Origin: an uncultured Pseudomonadota bacterium
Lineage (GTDB): Bacteria; Myxococcota_A; Polyangia; Fen-1088
DNA length: 64,000 nucleotides
Assembly (NCBI GenBank): GCA_963847705.1
Contig: CAWKBC010000032.1
Coordinates: 416,001 to 480,000, forward strand
Direction of reading: 5' to 3'
Within the stretch, counting starts at the first letter, position 1. Every line of letters begins with the position of its first letter. This document shows, in pieces, positions 63,342-64,000 of this stretch. Position numbers and translations under genes: made by a program. The notes under the pieces are model-generated. The model was not told the DNA's origin. It did not search any database and saw nothing but the letters and a program-made list of their open reading frames with translations.

Positions 63342-63777
63342 AGCCCCGGCGTTGCCCGTCGGCGGCGACGATCCGACCGGCGATCGCCAGGAGGCGCCGG
63401 CGGTCGCCCTCCGACAGTCCCTCGACGAGCAGCGAGAGCTCGCGCTCGACCTGCCTGGCGAGCTTCTGGGTCAGGTGTCTCCCCTCCTCCGTGAGCGCGA
63501 CACGAACCGTGCGCCGGTCTTCGGGGGTGGTGGTGCGTCGGACCAGGCCGCGCCGCTCAGCCCGGTCGACCAGCCCGGTGACGCTCGACTTGTCGAGGTT
63601 GAGGAATGTCGCCAGGGCCAACATTCCGGGCTCGCGATCGCGCAGGATCCCCAGCAGCCGCAGCTGGACCAGGGAGAGGTCATGAAGCTCGGCCACCCGT
63701 CCGATCGCGCCCTGCACGGCGAAGGAGAGCTGCGCCAGTCCATCGGGGAGGGTCAACTTCGACGCGGGGAGCGCCAT
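63235..63777 (-). CDS. MarR family transcriptional regulator
   Basis: LA..L.LDKSSVTGLVDRAE.RGLV.R....DRR...V.LT..G pattern; the tail overlaps the MBL gene 3' end. Confidence 0.88.
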   Translation of the reverse strand: MALPASKLTLPDGLAQLSFAVQGAIGRVAELHDLSLVQLRLLGILRDREPGMLALATFLNLDKSSVTGLVDRAERRGLVRRTTTPEDRRTVRVALTEEGRHLTQKLARQVERELSLLVEGLSEGDRRRLLAIAGRIVAADGQRRGFTVSPPTNGRPSRRRAPLVGVPRAPGLGLRARSKR

Positions 63778-63843
63778 GCCCGCGTTTGTAACACCAACAG
63801 GACGCGCCACCAACGATTGTCCCATCGCCGGCGGAGCGGCGCC

Positions 63844-63890
63844 TTGACTTTGTTCGTGGCACCAACTACTTTGTTTGCATCACAAACTAC
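63844..63890 (+). promoter_or_regulatory. Promoter with tandem candidate MarR boxes
   Basis: TTGACT-N17-TACTTT; direct repeats CTTTGTTCGTGGCACCAACTAC / CTTTGTTTGCATCACAAACTAC, each with a GTT...AAC dyad; a similar site lies at about 63785. Confidence 0.6.
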
Positions 63891-63911
63891 CTCCCCGGAG
63901 AGGAGACGCCA

Positions 63912-64000
63912 ATGCACGCCGCCGTCGTTCGCGATTTCGAGGCCCCGCCTCGCTACGAGGAGATCGAGGCTCCCCCGCCCGCGGGTGAGAACGAGGTCTC
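63912..64000 (+). CDS. Zinc-binding dehydrogenase / quinone oxidoreductase family, N-terminus (truncated by the window edge)
   Basis: GGAGAGGAG RBS; MHAAVVRDFEAPPRYEEIEAPPPAGENEV; divergent from MarR. Confidence 0.65.
   Translation, partial: MHAAVVRDFEAPPRYEEIEAPPPAGENEV

Overview
GC-rich (about 70%) chromosomal segment whose gene content points to a myxobacterium (Myxococcota, probably Polyangia-like; inferred). Indicators include Gly/Thr-linker lipoproteins, a TIGR04563 small protein, FHA/TPR proteins and a Ser/Thr kinase. It holds about 55 CDSs and two tRNAs: initiator tRNA-Met(CAT) at 548-621 (-) and tRNA-Pro(CGG) at 50699-50772 (+). Housekeeping genes include cysQ-like, tldD/pmbA, dksA, psd, glnB-glnA, pyrK-pyrD, ilvD and a sigma-70 factor. 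There is also a MoxR-DUF58-VWA operon, an orphan FliK/SctP-like + FliN/SctQ-like pair, and an accessory-looking block after tRNA-Pro (SDR/TetR, ABC-F, ATP-grasp + FAD oxidoreductase, TetR/MBL hydrolase, MarR). I saw no CRISPR array, rRNA, integrase or transposase. Most notable observations: (1) all five reading-frame lesions I found lie at or between GATC motifs, suggesting methylation-linked base-calling errors rather than pseudogenes; (2) an ABC-F whose second ATPase site appears naturally inactivated; (3) a glycogen-synthase-fold probable pseudo-enzyme coupled to a TIGR04563 gene; (4) a MerR-like + metal-binding/sigma4-domain regulator pair with a dyad in its promoter spacer; (5) recurring leaderless or short-leader promoters; (6) an ATP-grasp/FAD-oxidoreductase cassette bracketed by small ORFs and a shared 20-bp motif. 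All family calls are from motif recognition by eye, not database searches.
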